DNA from: an uncultured Candidatus Saccharibacteria bacterium
GTDB lineage: Bacteria; Patescibacteriota; Minisyncoccia; Phycocordibacterales; UBA918
Assembly: GCA_964425475.1 (NCBI GenBank)
Contig: CAYRMF010000001.1
Location: 1 to 35,850, forward strand
DNA: 35,850 nucleotides
Direction of reading: 5' to 3'
A model generated the notes under the pieces. It was given only the letters and a program-made list of their open reading frames with translations. It did no database searches and was not told the origin of the DNA. The position numbers and the translations under genes are program-made. Numbering within the stretch: position 1 is the first letter of the stretch; each line of letters opens with the position of its first letter. Positions 27,901 to 34,418 of the stretch are shown piece after piece.

Positions 27901-29265
27901 TGTCGGGTCAATGGTTGATTGCGTGTATGCATCACTGCTGTTTATCTCATCGAATGCACTCGTCGTGACACGAACACCGTCTGAAATATCGAGTAACGTA
28001 TCTCCATAGATATCATCGTCGGTATTATCAAACCATGATACATAGAGTCGCGTGTCGCTCATAATATTCATATCTATGCCATAGATATCATCCGCTGATG
28101 TATTGATTGGCCCATACTCGTAGCTCCACGTACTCATACCGTCTGTTGATTTTCGCCAGTACACATTTCCTGATGCAAGAGTCGCGAGTGCCGTACGCGC
28201 ACTGTAGGCAACGTAGATGTCGTCACTCGAGGTATCGAGACCTATGGCGACGTTCGTGAGACCTTTCTCACTATAGCGCACCACCTGTTTCTTCACGGTC
28301 CACGAACCACCGGAGTATACAGCCGTGCGGATTTGGTCGTCCAAGCCGAGTGCGGTACTGCTCGCGATGTACGCGAGGTAAATGTCTCCGGTCGTCGGGT
28401 GCACGGTCATAGCCATACCAACGTCATAGGTAGTGTTGTCCGGCGCGTACGTGTCAAAAGTTGTGGTCGCAACATCCCATGCACCCGTGCCGTTATTCCA
28501 CACTTTACTCCCGATGTCTTCAAGCCCAATGTCACGATGAATAGCGATGATGTTTCCGTTTGGGAGTGGTGCAAGTATGGCGTAATTGTTGGTTAGTCCA
28601 AAAGGGTTTGTTCCTGCCTCTGACCAGTTTCCCGCAGTGTTGCAGTTTGTTGAACACCGCACCACATATGAATCAGAGGCATCAATACTCGCTACATATA
28701 TTGTTCCATTGGTGGCCTTCGTTATGGACACTTGGTTGGCACCCGTTGTGAGTGTCCCACCCTGCGCCGTTGCAACACTCACCGGCGTGTATCCGAGAAG
28801 AAGCGTGTCGTCATTGGTATCGAGGCGGTTGTACCACGCATCATCGGGGTTGGCGTCAATTGTTGCGATGTGTATCTTCGTGCCAGTGTCCCCTGGTGTC
28901 CACCTGTCATACCAGACCGATATTGCGAGACAGTCTACCTGCGCATCGACGGTTGTTGTAGAGCTCCACGTTGTTCCCCCATCGGAAGTTTTGCGGTACA
29001 CGCAGTAACCGGGTGCATCAACAAAAAATTTGTATCCGACTTGGTCGCTCACAAAGACTGTTTGTGCACCCGACTGAAGGTGGTACGTGGGGGTAATGAG
29101 CGCATTAGAATCAATCGCAGACTGTGCAGCTTCTGCAGTGGGAATCTCATCGTATCCGAAGCGAATAAGTCCATCACCAAAACTTCCGACAAGAATCGTA
29201 ATGATAAGGTACAGTGAAAAATACACCCTCCCCTTCCTGAGTTTTCCGAATAACCCTCCTTTCAT
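21880..29265 (-). CDS. Giant secreted or anchored surface protein (2461 aa): 2 Asp-box propeller-like modules, repeated Ig-like and jelly-roll-like modules, WxL-like C-terminal domain
   Basis: An uninterrupted 7.4-kb ORF. N-terminal signal anchor VYFSLYLIITILVGSF. Asp-box motifs TSDGGTTW, STDGMSTW, TTDGGSTW and SRDGMNSW. The internal duplications are listed as separate features. Its own promoter lies at 29351..29359. Confidence 0.85.
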   Translation of the reverse strand: MKGGLFGKLRKGRVYFSLYLIITILVGSFGDGLIRFGYDEIPTAEAAQSAIDSNALITPTYHLQSGAQTVFVSDQVGYKFFVDAPGYCVYRKTSDGGTTWSSTTTVDAQVDCLAISVWYDRWTPGDTGTKIHIATIDANPDDAWYNRLDTNDDTLLLGYTPVSVATAQGGTLTTGANQVSITKATNGTIYVASIDASDSYVVRCSTNCNTAGNWSEAGTNPFGLTNNYAILAPLPNGNIIAIHRDIGLEDIGSKVWNNGTGAWDVATTTFDTYAPDNTTYDVGMAMTVHPTTGDIYLAYIASSTALGLDDQIRTAVYSGGSWTVKKQVVRYSEKGLTNVAIGLDTSSDDIYVAYSARTALATLASGNVYWRKSTDGMSTWSYEYGPINTSADDIYGIDMNIMSDTRLYVSWFDNTDDDIYGDTLLDISDGVRVTTSAFDEINSSDAYTQSTIDPTTSAAGTSHLQSGSQSVFTSDQVGYKFFRDVGGYCVYRKTTDGGSTWSATTTVDSQTDCHQVTVWYDKWTPGIASASSSIHIVTADASADDLWYNRLNTSDDTLLSGGTPTNMTAGQGGSLTEAENFVSVTRGTDGTLYAVSNDGTTGPDSYIVECTISCNVAGNWSETGANPLDAAASDQNMLMPLSGGSIMVINRDISADVLRYKIWNNTIWSAAWTTIDAVAPENATYDMGMDVAVSSSTGNLYLAYIARNATLGTDDQIRTALYTGGSWISKAYPATTTNMGLTNVAVALDSTNDDVYVAYSGQGIANSALTANVLWKRSRDGMNSWGYEQGPVNTVNPDDIYGIDLPMSSADRMYVSWFDNTDDDIYGATMVDLPSSAQPTTGSQIASVSAGTTGVYIGGAITLYNTSDTNTFSVTGVTLTEKGTIDASSHLKNTTLRYEADSATPYDCASESYDGSEAQFGSVDTDGFSGADGVSSFSGTTLTISPTTAYCLYVVLDVQDSAPGNATIDIEVTNPTSDVVVAGSTASPNTVQALPGTTSVYNDMPTLAHYHWRDDSGTESGATSTTNGAEDTPLLALPKGTPARIRMEVSNEGSSVTPATKYRIEYAEYSGACGDASGWTDVGSAGGHFDMYDSANLLDGGNTTNIAIGVGGVTDENSTFLTPNGGINDTSSQTDDIVLTASQFVELEYSIVASSSAIDGSSYCFRVTDEGTPLHTYTNYPRANINADVAVNIATTSQQATTTLPATNFYVGSAFVITNNSTSHDVTSITISEQGTVDGQSDIENIELYYDLDTSAPYDCGSESYVGGATQFGSTDTDGFSSANGTSTFTGSVTITTTATMCLYTVLDTTQSAQNGETIDIAITNPPADVLISGGGSVSPEIARNMNGSTALIGAVHTQTHYHWRSDNGSETTASSTTGGVEDTAVANISQATPLRLRMQVSNEATTTTAEATEYRLEYGTKISSCSAVNVWTDVGAVGGAFDMYNSTNLTEGGDTTNIAVNAGGVTDENTTFLTPNSAVKDTSSQVASTALTTTQFIETEFSLKQTTSAGYNTTYCFRLSGAGVPLDVYSKYPELTTSPERDFEIQRGTRTIATSSTSTTLVAGVDYITPSASTSAFIRITNIGHTGAGHNTGNVLAQNATNTTAYIVNPSNIMTSVTIARTGISSTTRVSWEIVEYIGIPGGDNEMIVRGQTFHRYGTGSTSATGTVRSNVVDDAKVVVFITGQQNPDTASTNYESGLSTSEWHASLNAPIFRRGVSGSDAVQVSYAVVEFTGSNWNIQRSQHTYTTAGVTETEAISALSSLTRTFIHTQKRNTTGLNGTDEFGAEVWLSSIGYVSYYLETGATTPSGQTSVAWIIENTQTTDGAMVVTKSSGWLSGGTAPLTLSIPVGKTLSDLTNASIFTNARSSVADTTFPRALAGITIASSTAYEIWRSNIGSTFTFRTEIVEWPTAGLALTQNYYRFYVDNNELTPTDPWPVGGVDLGENSVLTGADEPLGGNERIRMRMSIQAKNATFPAGVRAFRLQYGPMVSSCSAIPETDWRMVGNSASSSIWRGYNATATTDGTTLSELKLSVSDILGTLEEQNDTEANESAVSVDDDIEYDWIVEQNGAMGETFYCFRMVEADNTPLDTYAQYPQLRTSSFTPKTQNWRWYDNEIDETPTTTLAVENVAPVDIANTQALKLRVTVKETENMSRDDVRFKLQYSESPAFTQAFDVTATSTCLATSTWCYANGGGVDNEKISTVTLSDAESCVAGVGSGCGTHNESPSALTGYRHNNTVSAEYEFTIQSAGPRVNRVYYFRLFDIVQNIPVPTNTSESYPSLVTEGAHLNFTMAGIASSTVIEGVTLDINTTPTSLPFGTLVADQMREGGHRLTIDTNGTQGYQLFMVMDGDLMSTNGAYMKPVTGTNASPISWASGCDVGAQSCFGYHTGDDTLNGDSTRFSAIDTYARVSTSTLDEVSYSSQPTVSDTTDIVYRLFIRSLQDAGLYEARIRYVSVPIF
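22411..23508 (-). repeat. Two further copies of the part-2 (jelly-roll-like) submodule (aa ~1920-2102 and ~2110-2285)
   Basis: YYRFYVDNNE..RIRMRMSIQ..FRLQYG..SSCS..DWRMVG..FYCFRMVEADNTPLDTYAQYPQLRT and NWRWYDNEID..LKLRVTVKE..FKLQYSES..YYFRLFDIVQNIPVP..SYPSLVT share the same motif order as the HYHWR modules. Confidence 0.65.
24652..26733 (-). repeat. Tandem duplication of a ~340-aa two-part module (aa ~845-1185 and ~1196-1538)
   Basis: Part 1 carries ..PYDC.SESY.G...QFGS.DTDGFS.. and ..ATIDI.[VI]TNP..DV. Part 2 runs from HYHWR.D to ..YR[IL]EY...C...W[TD]VG..GG.FDMY.S.NL..GG.TTNIA...GGVTDEN[ST]TFLTPN.. and ends ..YCFR[VL]...G.PL..Y..YP. Confidence 0.8.
26767..29112 (-). repeat. Tandem duplication of a ~380-aa Asp-box (BNR) propeller-like module inside the giant ORF (aa ~52-428 and ~452-833)
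   Basis: The two copies align end to end by eye, from HLQSG[AS]Q[TS]VF.SDQVGYKFF to YVSWFDNTDDDIYG. In the best stretch (HLQSG...WTPG) I count 48 of 64 identical residues. Confidence 0.8.
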
Positions 29266-29350
29266 TTCCTCTTCATTATGGACTACTTAGACATCCAAAA
29301 CAATCGCATCCCTGTGTGAAAACGCTTTATAAAATCTATAAAAATTTTAA

Positions 29351-29359
29351 AATATAACA
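29351..29359 (-). promoter_or_regulatory. Extended -10 promoter TGtTATATT for the giant gene
   Basis: The minus strand reads ga-TGtTATATT-ttaaaa inside an AT-rich block, about 85 nt upstream of ATG 29265 and directly downstream of the twin hairpins. Confidence 0.45.
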
Positions 29360-29382
29360 TCTCCACATCAATCAACTAAACT

Positions 29383-29447
29383 AAATGAGCGACATCGTAA
29401 GTCGCTCATTTTTGAGTGTTATGAGCGACTTACGATGTCGCTCATTT
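29383..29447. repeat. Perfect 27-nt inverted repeat (29383..29409 / 29421..29447) whose arms are each a 9-bp-stem hairpin
   Basis: The left arm is AAATGAGCGACATCGTAAGTCGCTCAT. The right arm ATGAGCGACTTACGATGTCGCTCATTT is its exact reverse complement. The spacer is 11 nt. The stem ATGAGCGAC/GTCGCTCAT is identical in both arms, and the 7-nt loop is inverted. Confidence 0.9.
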
Positions 29448-29474
29448 TGCGGTGATGGTGGACTGAAATAGGTT

Positions 29475-31211
29475 TTACATGCGCGATTCTTCCTCAAGCA
29501 CATCTTCAAGTGGCACATATGGCTCAACTACCAAGTCCTCGATGTGTGCGGTGTCGGTAGATGTCGCGGTATTCTCAAATGATGGCACGAGCACATCAAC
29601 AGTTCCCGCGGGTGTACTTGTCGCTTCAGTCACGACAGGTTCCTCGCTTGGCGTCTCGAAGGATGGAATAACGATGTCGCCATCGTCGATACCATTGTCA
29701 GTTGTCGTTCCCACATCGTCATTTTCATCTGAATCGACTTTCTGTTTTGGTTGCGTTGTTGGTGACACGAGTGCGCGCTCTTCACCTGTTTGATCAGGGT
29801 CGGGAATCTCTTCGGGAACCGGGGTTGGCTTCGATGCGAGATCGACGATCTCACCGCTCTTGAGGTCGTATCCGCGCGTTTCGATATCGCCGGTCTCCAT
29901 TTTTGCATCATACACGAGCACAAAGCGCGGATTCTCAATTGAGCCACCTCCTGAATCGGAAACAGTATCGATGAGTCCAGTGCGAAGGTCATACACCTTC
30001 ACACGCCACACATCTCCTTCGAAGGATTGCCACACGACATGCGTTCCGTTCACGCTCGGTGCAATATCGTGAGTGGTATTATCGGTGAGCATGGTCACTT
30101 TCTCGTCTTCCAACATAAATATCTCCCAGTCACTTCCCACCCACCCCTGCCACACGACCGTGTCGCCAAAGACGCTCGGTTGCATGTTGTTGAAACTATC
30201 GTACGTCAGCTGTTTCTCACTCTCCTCATCAAAGTCGTACTGGATAATTTGGAAACGTCCGTCTATGAGACGGTGCCACACTGCAGTGTTGGAAACCTCA
30301 TCGAAGTACGGAGCGTCGTCATCAGCTTGATTATTTGTGAGTGGTGTCAACTCGCTATTCTTTTCAAGATATATTTCCTTGTCACCTTCTGCGTCGAGTG
30401 CTGAAAAGATTCTATCGGCGTTGAGCACCTGTGGTGCCTCGGTGGGGGTAGCGCAATAGAATGTGCCGTCGCCCACGGTGGTACACTCGTTTTTAGAGAA
30501 TGAAAATCTATTTTCATCGTTCGTGACAACGCTCACCACATTCTGAGAGGTGGTGAGGGGTGTGGCTGTCGCCTCTTCGGTGACACCATCAGGAAGAGTC
30601 ACTTCTGCTTCCACCTCATTCACCACTTCAGGGTCGACCGGGTCATCAGTCACAATCGCACTCCCCTCTGTCGTTGTTGCATCCGTCAAAGGAGCAGTAG
30701 GTGTATCACCACTTTCATCAATCGGTGTGTCGGCAGTGCCAGATGCCAAATCTTCTGCGATTACAGTATCAGCTATGGTATCGAAGGATGTTTCTAACGG
30801 TGTCGCCTCGGGCTCATCCACAGCTTGGAGTGGAATGTCTGAGGGTGCAGAATTGTTGACAGGCGCAGGTTCGATTGCAGGCGGTTGTGCATCTGGAGTG
30901 GTAATGTCTATGGTCGAATCGCTCTCAGGATTTTCAGGAAGAGCCGTATTGGGTTCAGTGCCATTCGTGGATTCAGGTGTGCTTTCTGTGGAAATTTCAT
31001 CGGCAAAAACGGGAGCAAGTGGCATACACACAAGCACAAAAAGCAAACACAACGAAAGAGCGCCGTAGACACGATACATCAAACCCCGCATGGACGTTCG
31101 CGAGTTTCCATTTATAGAATGCTGTTTCTTCATACCGTTTGCACAGATACGACAATATTCGGCTTTTGAGCCGTGTCGTACGTGAAGGCACGCATTGTCC
31201 ACATGACACAT
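29475..31211 (-). CDS. Membrane protein (578 aa): Cys/His-rich N-terminus, TM, acidic Thr/Pro/Glu linker, beta-propeller-like repeats, acidic tail
   Basis: The start is set at ATG 31211 because AAGAGGTG lies 6 nt upstream. The ORF track begins at TTG 31262, and ATG 31091 is also possible. N-terminus MCHVDNACLHVRHGSKAEYCRICANG. TM GALSLCLLFVLVCMPLAPVF. Repeats of the type P.V.G..VVWQ....W.I..YD. Confidence 0.65.
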   Translation of the reverse strand: MCHVDNACLHVRHGSKAEYCRICANGMKKQHSINGNSRTSMRGLMYRVYGALSLCLLFVLVCMPLAPVFADEISTESTPESTNGTEPNTALPENPESDSTIDITTPDAQPPAIEPAPVNNSAPSDIPLQAVDEPEATPLETSFDTIADTVIAEDLASGTADTPIDESGDTPTAPLTDATTTEGSAIVTDDPVDPEVVNEVEAEVTLPDGVTEEATATPLTTSQNVVSVVTNDENRFSFSKNECTTVGDGTFYCATPTEAPQVLNADRIFSALDAEGDKEIYLEKNSELTPLTNNQADDDAPYFDEVSNTAVWHRLIDGRFQIIQYDFDEESEKQLTYDSFNNMQPSVFGDTVVWQGWVGSDWEIFMLEDEKVTMLTDNTTHDIAPSVNGTHVVWQSFEGDVWRVKVYDLRTGLIDTVSDSGGGSIENPRFVLVYDAKMETGDIETRGYDLKSGEIVDLASKPTPVPEEIPDPDQTGEERALVSPTTQPKQKVDSDENDDVGTTTDNGIDDGDIVIPSFETPSEEPVVTEATSTPAGTVDVLVPSFENTATSTDTAHIEDLVVEPYVPLEDVLEEESRM

Positions 31212-31274
31212 TACGCACCTCTTAGCTAATGATAGCAAGGAGTGACAAGTATCCCTACACAATTATCAACAGTG

Positions 31275-32021
31275 CTACTTGCGGAAAGAGTCAGCGAGTA
31301 GAATTGAAAAGTCTTTAAACGTCATACGACCATCCCCATCAAAATCAAACAGTGCATTTCTCGTAAACCACGCTGACATAAATACACTGATGTCGGAAAG
31401 ATCGACATCCCCATCTCCATCAGTATCCGTCACAATAGAGACCGTCGCTTCGCCCGAGATAACCCCATCATCACCCAAAACAGCTATCACTGTCTGATTA
31501 TCAGCGAGCGATGGCGTAACACTCACTTCAGTACCTTTTCCATCTCCAGCAACAAGTGATGAGCCACTGACAAAAATACGTGCAGTACCGGCTTCTATTG
31601 CCCTCACTTTAATACGCGCGATGGTATGCTCGCCTATGAAACCTTTTCGAAATGTTCCACCACGAAGGTATATCTTCCCCGCTTTTGCAGAGGGTTCTTC
31701 AGTCCATAGAGTAATCACTGAGGTGCCGGTATCAATACCGAGCACTTGTATGGTGTCTTCAGGGTACCCAATCACCAAGTCAACGGCATTGATTGACACA
31801 TGCGCAGTGACATCGACATGTATATAAAACTCTTGATCTTGAGTCACCGTCTGTGCACTTGTACTTATGGTTACATAGGATGCATTTTCCCCAATAATCG
31901 ATGCAAGACCAGCTAAAAGTGCAGCAACAATAACAGCAGGAAACGCGTACTTGACTGTCGTGTACTGTGTTTCACTGTGTGAAGGAAAAAGTGCTTTCCA
32001 AAGTATTTTAAACATACTCAC
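31275..32021 (-). CDS. Membrane-anchored cohesin-like protein with C-terminal dockerin-like EF-hand pair (248 aa)
   Basis: TM FPAVIVAALLAGLASII. Cohesin-like module ..EFYIHVDVTAHVSINAVDLVIGYPEDTIQVLGIDTGTSVITLWTEEPS..GKIYLRGG..IARIKVRAIEAGTARIF. C-terminus DTDGDGDVDLSDISVFMSAWF..FDFDGDGRMTFKDFSILL. The start is GTG 32021, which overlaps the upstream stop as GTGA, or ATG 32015. Confidence 0.65.
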   Translation of the reverse strand: MSMFKILWKALFPSHSETQYTTVKYAFPAVIVAALLAGLASIIGENASYVTISTSAQTVTQDQEFYIHVDVTAHVSINAVDLVIGYPEDTIQVLGIDTGTSVITLWTEEPSAKAGKIYLRGGTFRKGFIGEHTIARIKVRAIEAGTARIFVSGSSLVAGDGKGTEVSVTPSLADNQTVIAVLGDDGVISGEATVSIVTDTDGDGDVDLSDISVFMSAWFTRNALFDFDGDGRMTFKDFSILLADSFRK

Positions 32022-32677
32022 TGAACTAATTGCGAGCGCAACTCATCAATACGCTGATTGTGCACCACAAGCAATTCATTGATTTCTTGTGCCTGTTGCA
32101 CCAGTTGCGTGACATGCTCACTTTGAGATGATTCACCGGTAATGAGTGAAGCAATAATTTCGTCCTGAATACGTGCTTGATCACCAAGTCCGGTACTCCG
32201 TCCCTTTTCAAGTTCAATAAGTGTATTCCACTCGGTGCGCTGGAATGAGTCAAAGTCTTCTCCACTGAGGAGAGCAAGTGTGTCAAGAAGTGTATTGTAG
32301 TGGACAATTTCACGCTCAAGTTTTGCAACCATGAGTGCTTTACGTTCTGCATAAAACATACCGCAACTCTCGGAAAGTGTCTGCACTGCGATGAGCTCTC
32401 GCATTGAAAGAGCTCCGAGATTGCCGAGGAGATTCTCATACTCATCACGACGTGGACAATCACGAACAATGCTCTGAATAATACTATCGGCACCATTACT
32501 GTCAGTTATCTCGGCCAATTGTGCCAAGTAGGATCTTTCTTCTTCAAGTTGCGTACGAAGAAGTGTTTCAAGTGCTCGCTGATTGTGGTGGACGTACCAC
32601 GTACCAATCACAAAAACAAGCGCGACGGAGAAGAGGACAAATGCGATGTAGAGGTGTTTTTCAAGTGAGTTTTTCAT
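32018..32677 (-). CDS. Membrane-anchored coiled-coil protein (219 aa), unknown function
   Basis: N-terminal TM LYIAFVLFSVALVFVIGTWYV, then a helical, heptad-like sequence rich in E/L/Q/R. It is tightly packed between cohesin-like genes. Confidence 0.6.
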   Translation of the reverse strand: MKNSLEKHLYIAFVLFSVALVFVIGTWYVHHNQRALETLLRTQLEEERSYLAQLAEITDSNGADSIIQSIVRDCPRRDEYENLLGNLGALSMRELIAVQTLSESCGMFYAERKALMVAKLEREIVHYNTLLDTLALLSGEDFDSFQRTEWNTLIELEKGRSTGLGDQARIQDEIIASLITGESSQSEHVTQLVQQAQEINELLVVHNQRIDELRSQLVQ

Positions 32678-32683
32678 ACAGTA

Positions 32684-34414
32684 TTATGAAACAACGCGTT
32701 CAATGTCTTCAATCTCCTTCCGAATCTTTCCCTGTGCCGACTTCAGATCATTTTCTATACGCTCAATGAGCACAAGTTCTGCTTTTGTGAGCTTACCCTT
32801 GCGTGATTCCTTGAGCTCACCAACATTCACATCAAGATTTTTAATAATCTCCGCAAATTCACGTGAGAGTCGGTCTTCGGCTTCAAATGTTTCTTTGCGA
32901 ACAGTGCGCTTCCAGCGCGCGAGACGGTGCCAGAGGTACCACGTGCCAAAGATGAGTACAATGAGGAGTGACACAATAGGGACAACTACCGAGAGAAAAT
33001 TGATGACGACCGTGCCCGCAGCAACGTACCCAGGAACTTCGGCAATTATTTTAATTGTGTCTGACTTTTCACTGACACTTCCGAATGCATCTCGTGCAAC
33101 GGCAGAAATAGTATACACACCCGTGTCGAAGGGAGTATCAGGAATGAAGGTGAACTCACCCTCTGCGTTACTCTGTACCACATAAGGATTACCTGTCCCC
33201 TCCTCCGCGACACTGAGGATAGTATTATCACTCGCGCGCACCACTTCAATTGTTACTGTTGCATTCGGACGTGTTTTCCCTTTAATGGCAGGAATAACTT
33301 CTGTGTTGATGCGTGTCGGATACTCAGTGAAGATAGGTTTCTCGAATGCATCAATGGTGAGCGAATAGCTCGCAACTGCTGTGTTACCCGCACTATCAAA
33401 CGCCTCAACTGAGATAGTGTGATAGCCCGGCAAGAGTGATTCGAGTGTGTACTGTTGTTTTTGTTCGGTATCAGTGAAGACGATCGGTTCCTTACCATCA
33501 ATTTGAATTTTATACTCGATAATTGGTGATGTGTCATCGAATGCAAATATGAGTACCTTTGCAGGATTCGTTGCGTCAAGGGGTTTTTCGGTGATAGTGA
33601 AGTTTTTTGGACCCTCCGTATCAACGGCGAGTTTGTACTCAGCAATCCGTCCCCATCCATCAGCATTTTTGAATTGCAAGTGGAAGTATGAAATTCCTTC
33701 GGGCAAATCCTCAAGTGTCTTCTTCGTAAGTGCTTCTTCATACACTTTTGTCGGTACGGTGCCACTTGTCCGATCGAGGAGCATTCGTACGGCAGTTACG
33801 CCTGCAGGCACTGTCCAACTCAGTGTTGCGTTTTTCTGCTTGTACCATGCAGTTTGATCAGGGTGTGTACTCGATGTTATTTTTGGTGCTTGCGGAGTGT
33901 TTGCAGGCGGTATGTACTCAGGTGCTGGAGTCTCCCCTTTCGCAGCAATCGTGAAGGAGCCACTGCCCATAGAGGTGAGCACATTGGTGCCCATACCGTC
34001 AGCAGCGAGCACGGAACCGCTTGAAAAAGTGACTTTTGGTGTCCCCGCTCCAAGCGGTCTGAAGGTTATGGAAACAATCGTTCCAGCTCCACCCTTATAC
34101 CCCGTGGGTGAACCACCACCGAATGAAACCGTCCCTGCGCTGTTTGAAAAAGTTGGCTCTTCTGTCCAAAGATTAAAAATGGAGCTTGCGCGTGTGACAC
34201 TGACCACCTGAAGTTCGCGCGTATTGAACGTAAGTTTGCCATCCGCCGCATTCACTGATTTCCCTTCGGTATTGAGCACAACCGATACACTGAACGGTGT
34301 TCCTGCTGTATACACTCCGGTGCTTGGACTTACCTTGAGCGTCGCAGCATCAGCACTATGCGCAACGAAAAAAAGAAACAGTCCGATTACCCACAATGTT
34401 TTGTTACTATTCAT
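32684..34414 (-). CDS. Cohesin-like surface protein with Ig-like repeats, C-terminal TM and cytoplasmic coiled-coil tail (576 aa)
   Basis: The start is set at ATG 34414 (MNSNKTLWVIGLFLFFVAHSADA / ATLKVSP). The longer ORF-track version overlaps the upstream gene. Cohesin-like ATLKVSPSTGVYTAGTPFSVSVVLNTEGKSVNAADGKLTFNTRELQVVSV..IFNLWTEEPTFSNSAGTVSFGGG..VTFSSGSVLAADGMGTNVLT. Also THPDQTAWY..GISYFHLQFKNADGW. TM VVPIVSLLIVLIFGTWYLW. Confidence 0.7.
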   Translation of the reverse strand: MNSNKTLWVIGLFLFFVAHSADAATLKVSPSTGVYTAGTPFSVSVVLNTEGKSVNAADGKLTFNTRELQVVSVTRASSIFNLWTEEPTFSNSAGTVSFGGGSPTGYKGGAGTIVSITFRPLGAGTPKVTFSSGSVLAADGMGTNVLTSMGSGSFTIAAKGETPAPEYIPPANTPQAPKITSSTHPDQTAWYKQKNATLSWTVPAGVTAVRMLLDRTSGTVPTKVYEEALTKKTLEDLPEGISYFHLQFKNADGWGRIAEYKLAVDTEGPKNFTITEKPLDATNPAKVLIFAFDDTSPIIEYKIQIDGKEPIVFTDTEQKQQYTLESLLPGYHTISVEAFDSAGNTAVASYSLTIDAFEKPIFTEYPTRINTEVIPAIKGKTRPNATVTIEVVRASDNTILSVAEEGTGNPYVVQSNAEGEFTFIPDTPFDTGVYTISAVARDAFGSVSEKSDTIKIIAEVPGYVAAGTVVINFLSVVVPIVSLLIVLIFGTWYLWHRLARWKRTVRKETFEAEDRLSREFAEIIKNLDVNVGELKESRKGKLTKAELVLIERIENDLKSAQGKIRKEIEDIERVVS

Positions 34415-34418
34415 ATAT

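Noticed and set aside
29266-29474. Invertible promoter (phase-variation switch) for the giant gene
   Set aside because: The 27-nt inverted repeats are only 11 nt apart, and both lie on the same side of the putative promoter, so inverting the spacer cannot flip it. No recombinase gene is nearby.
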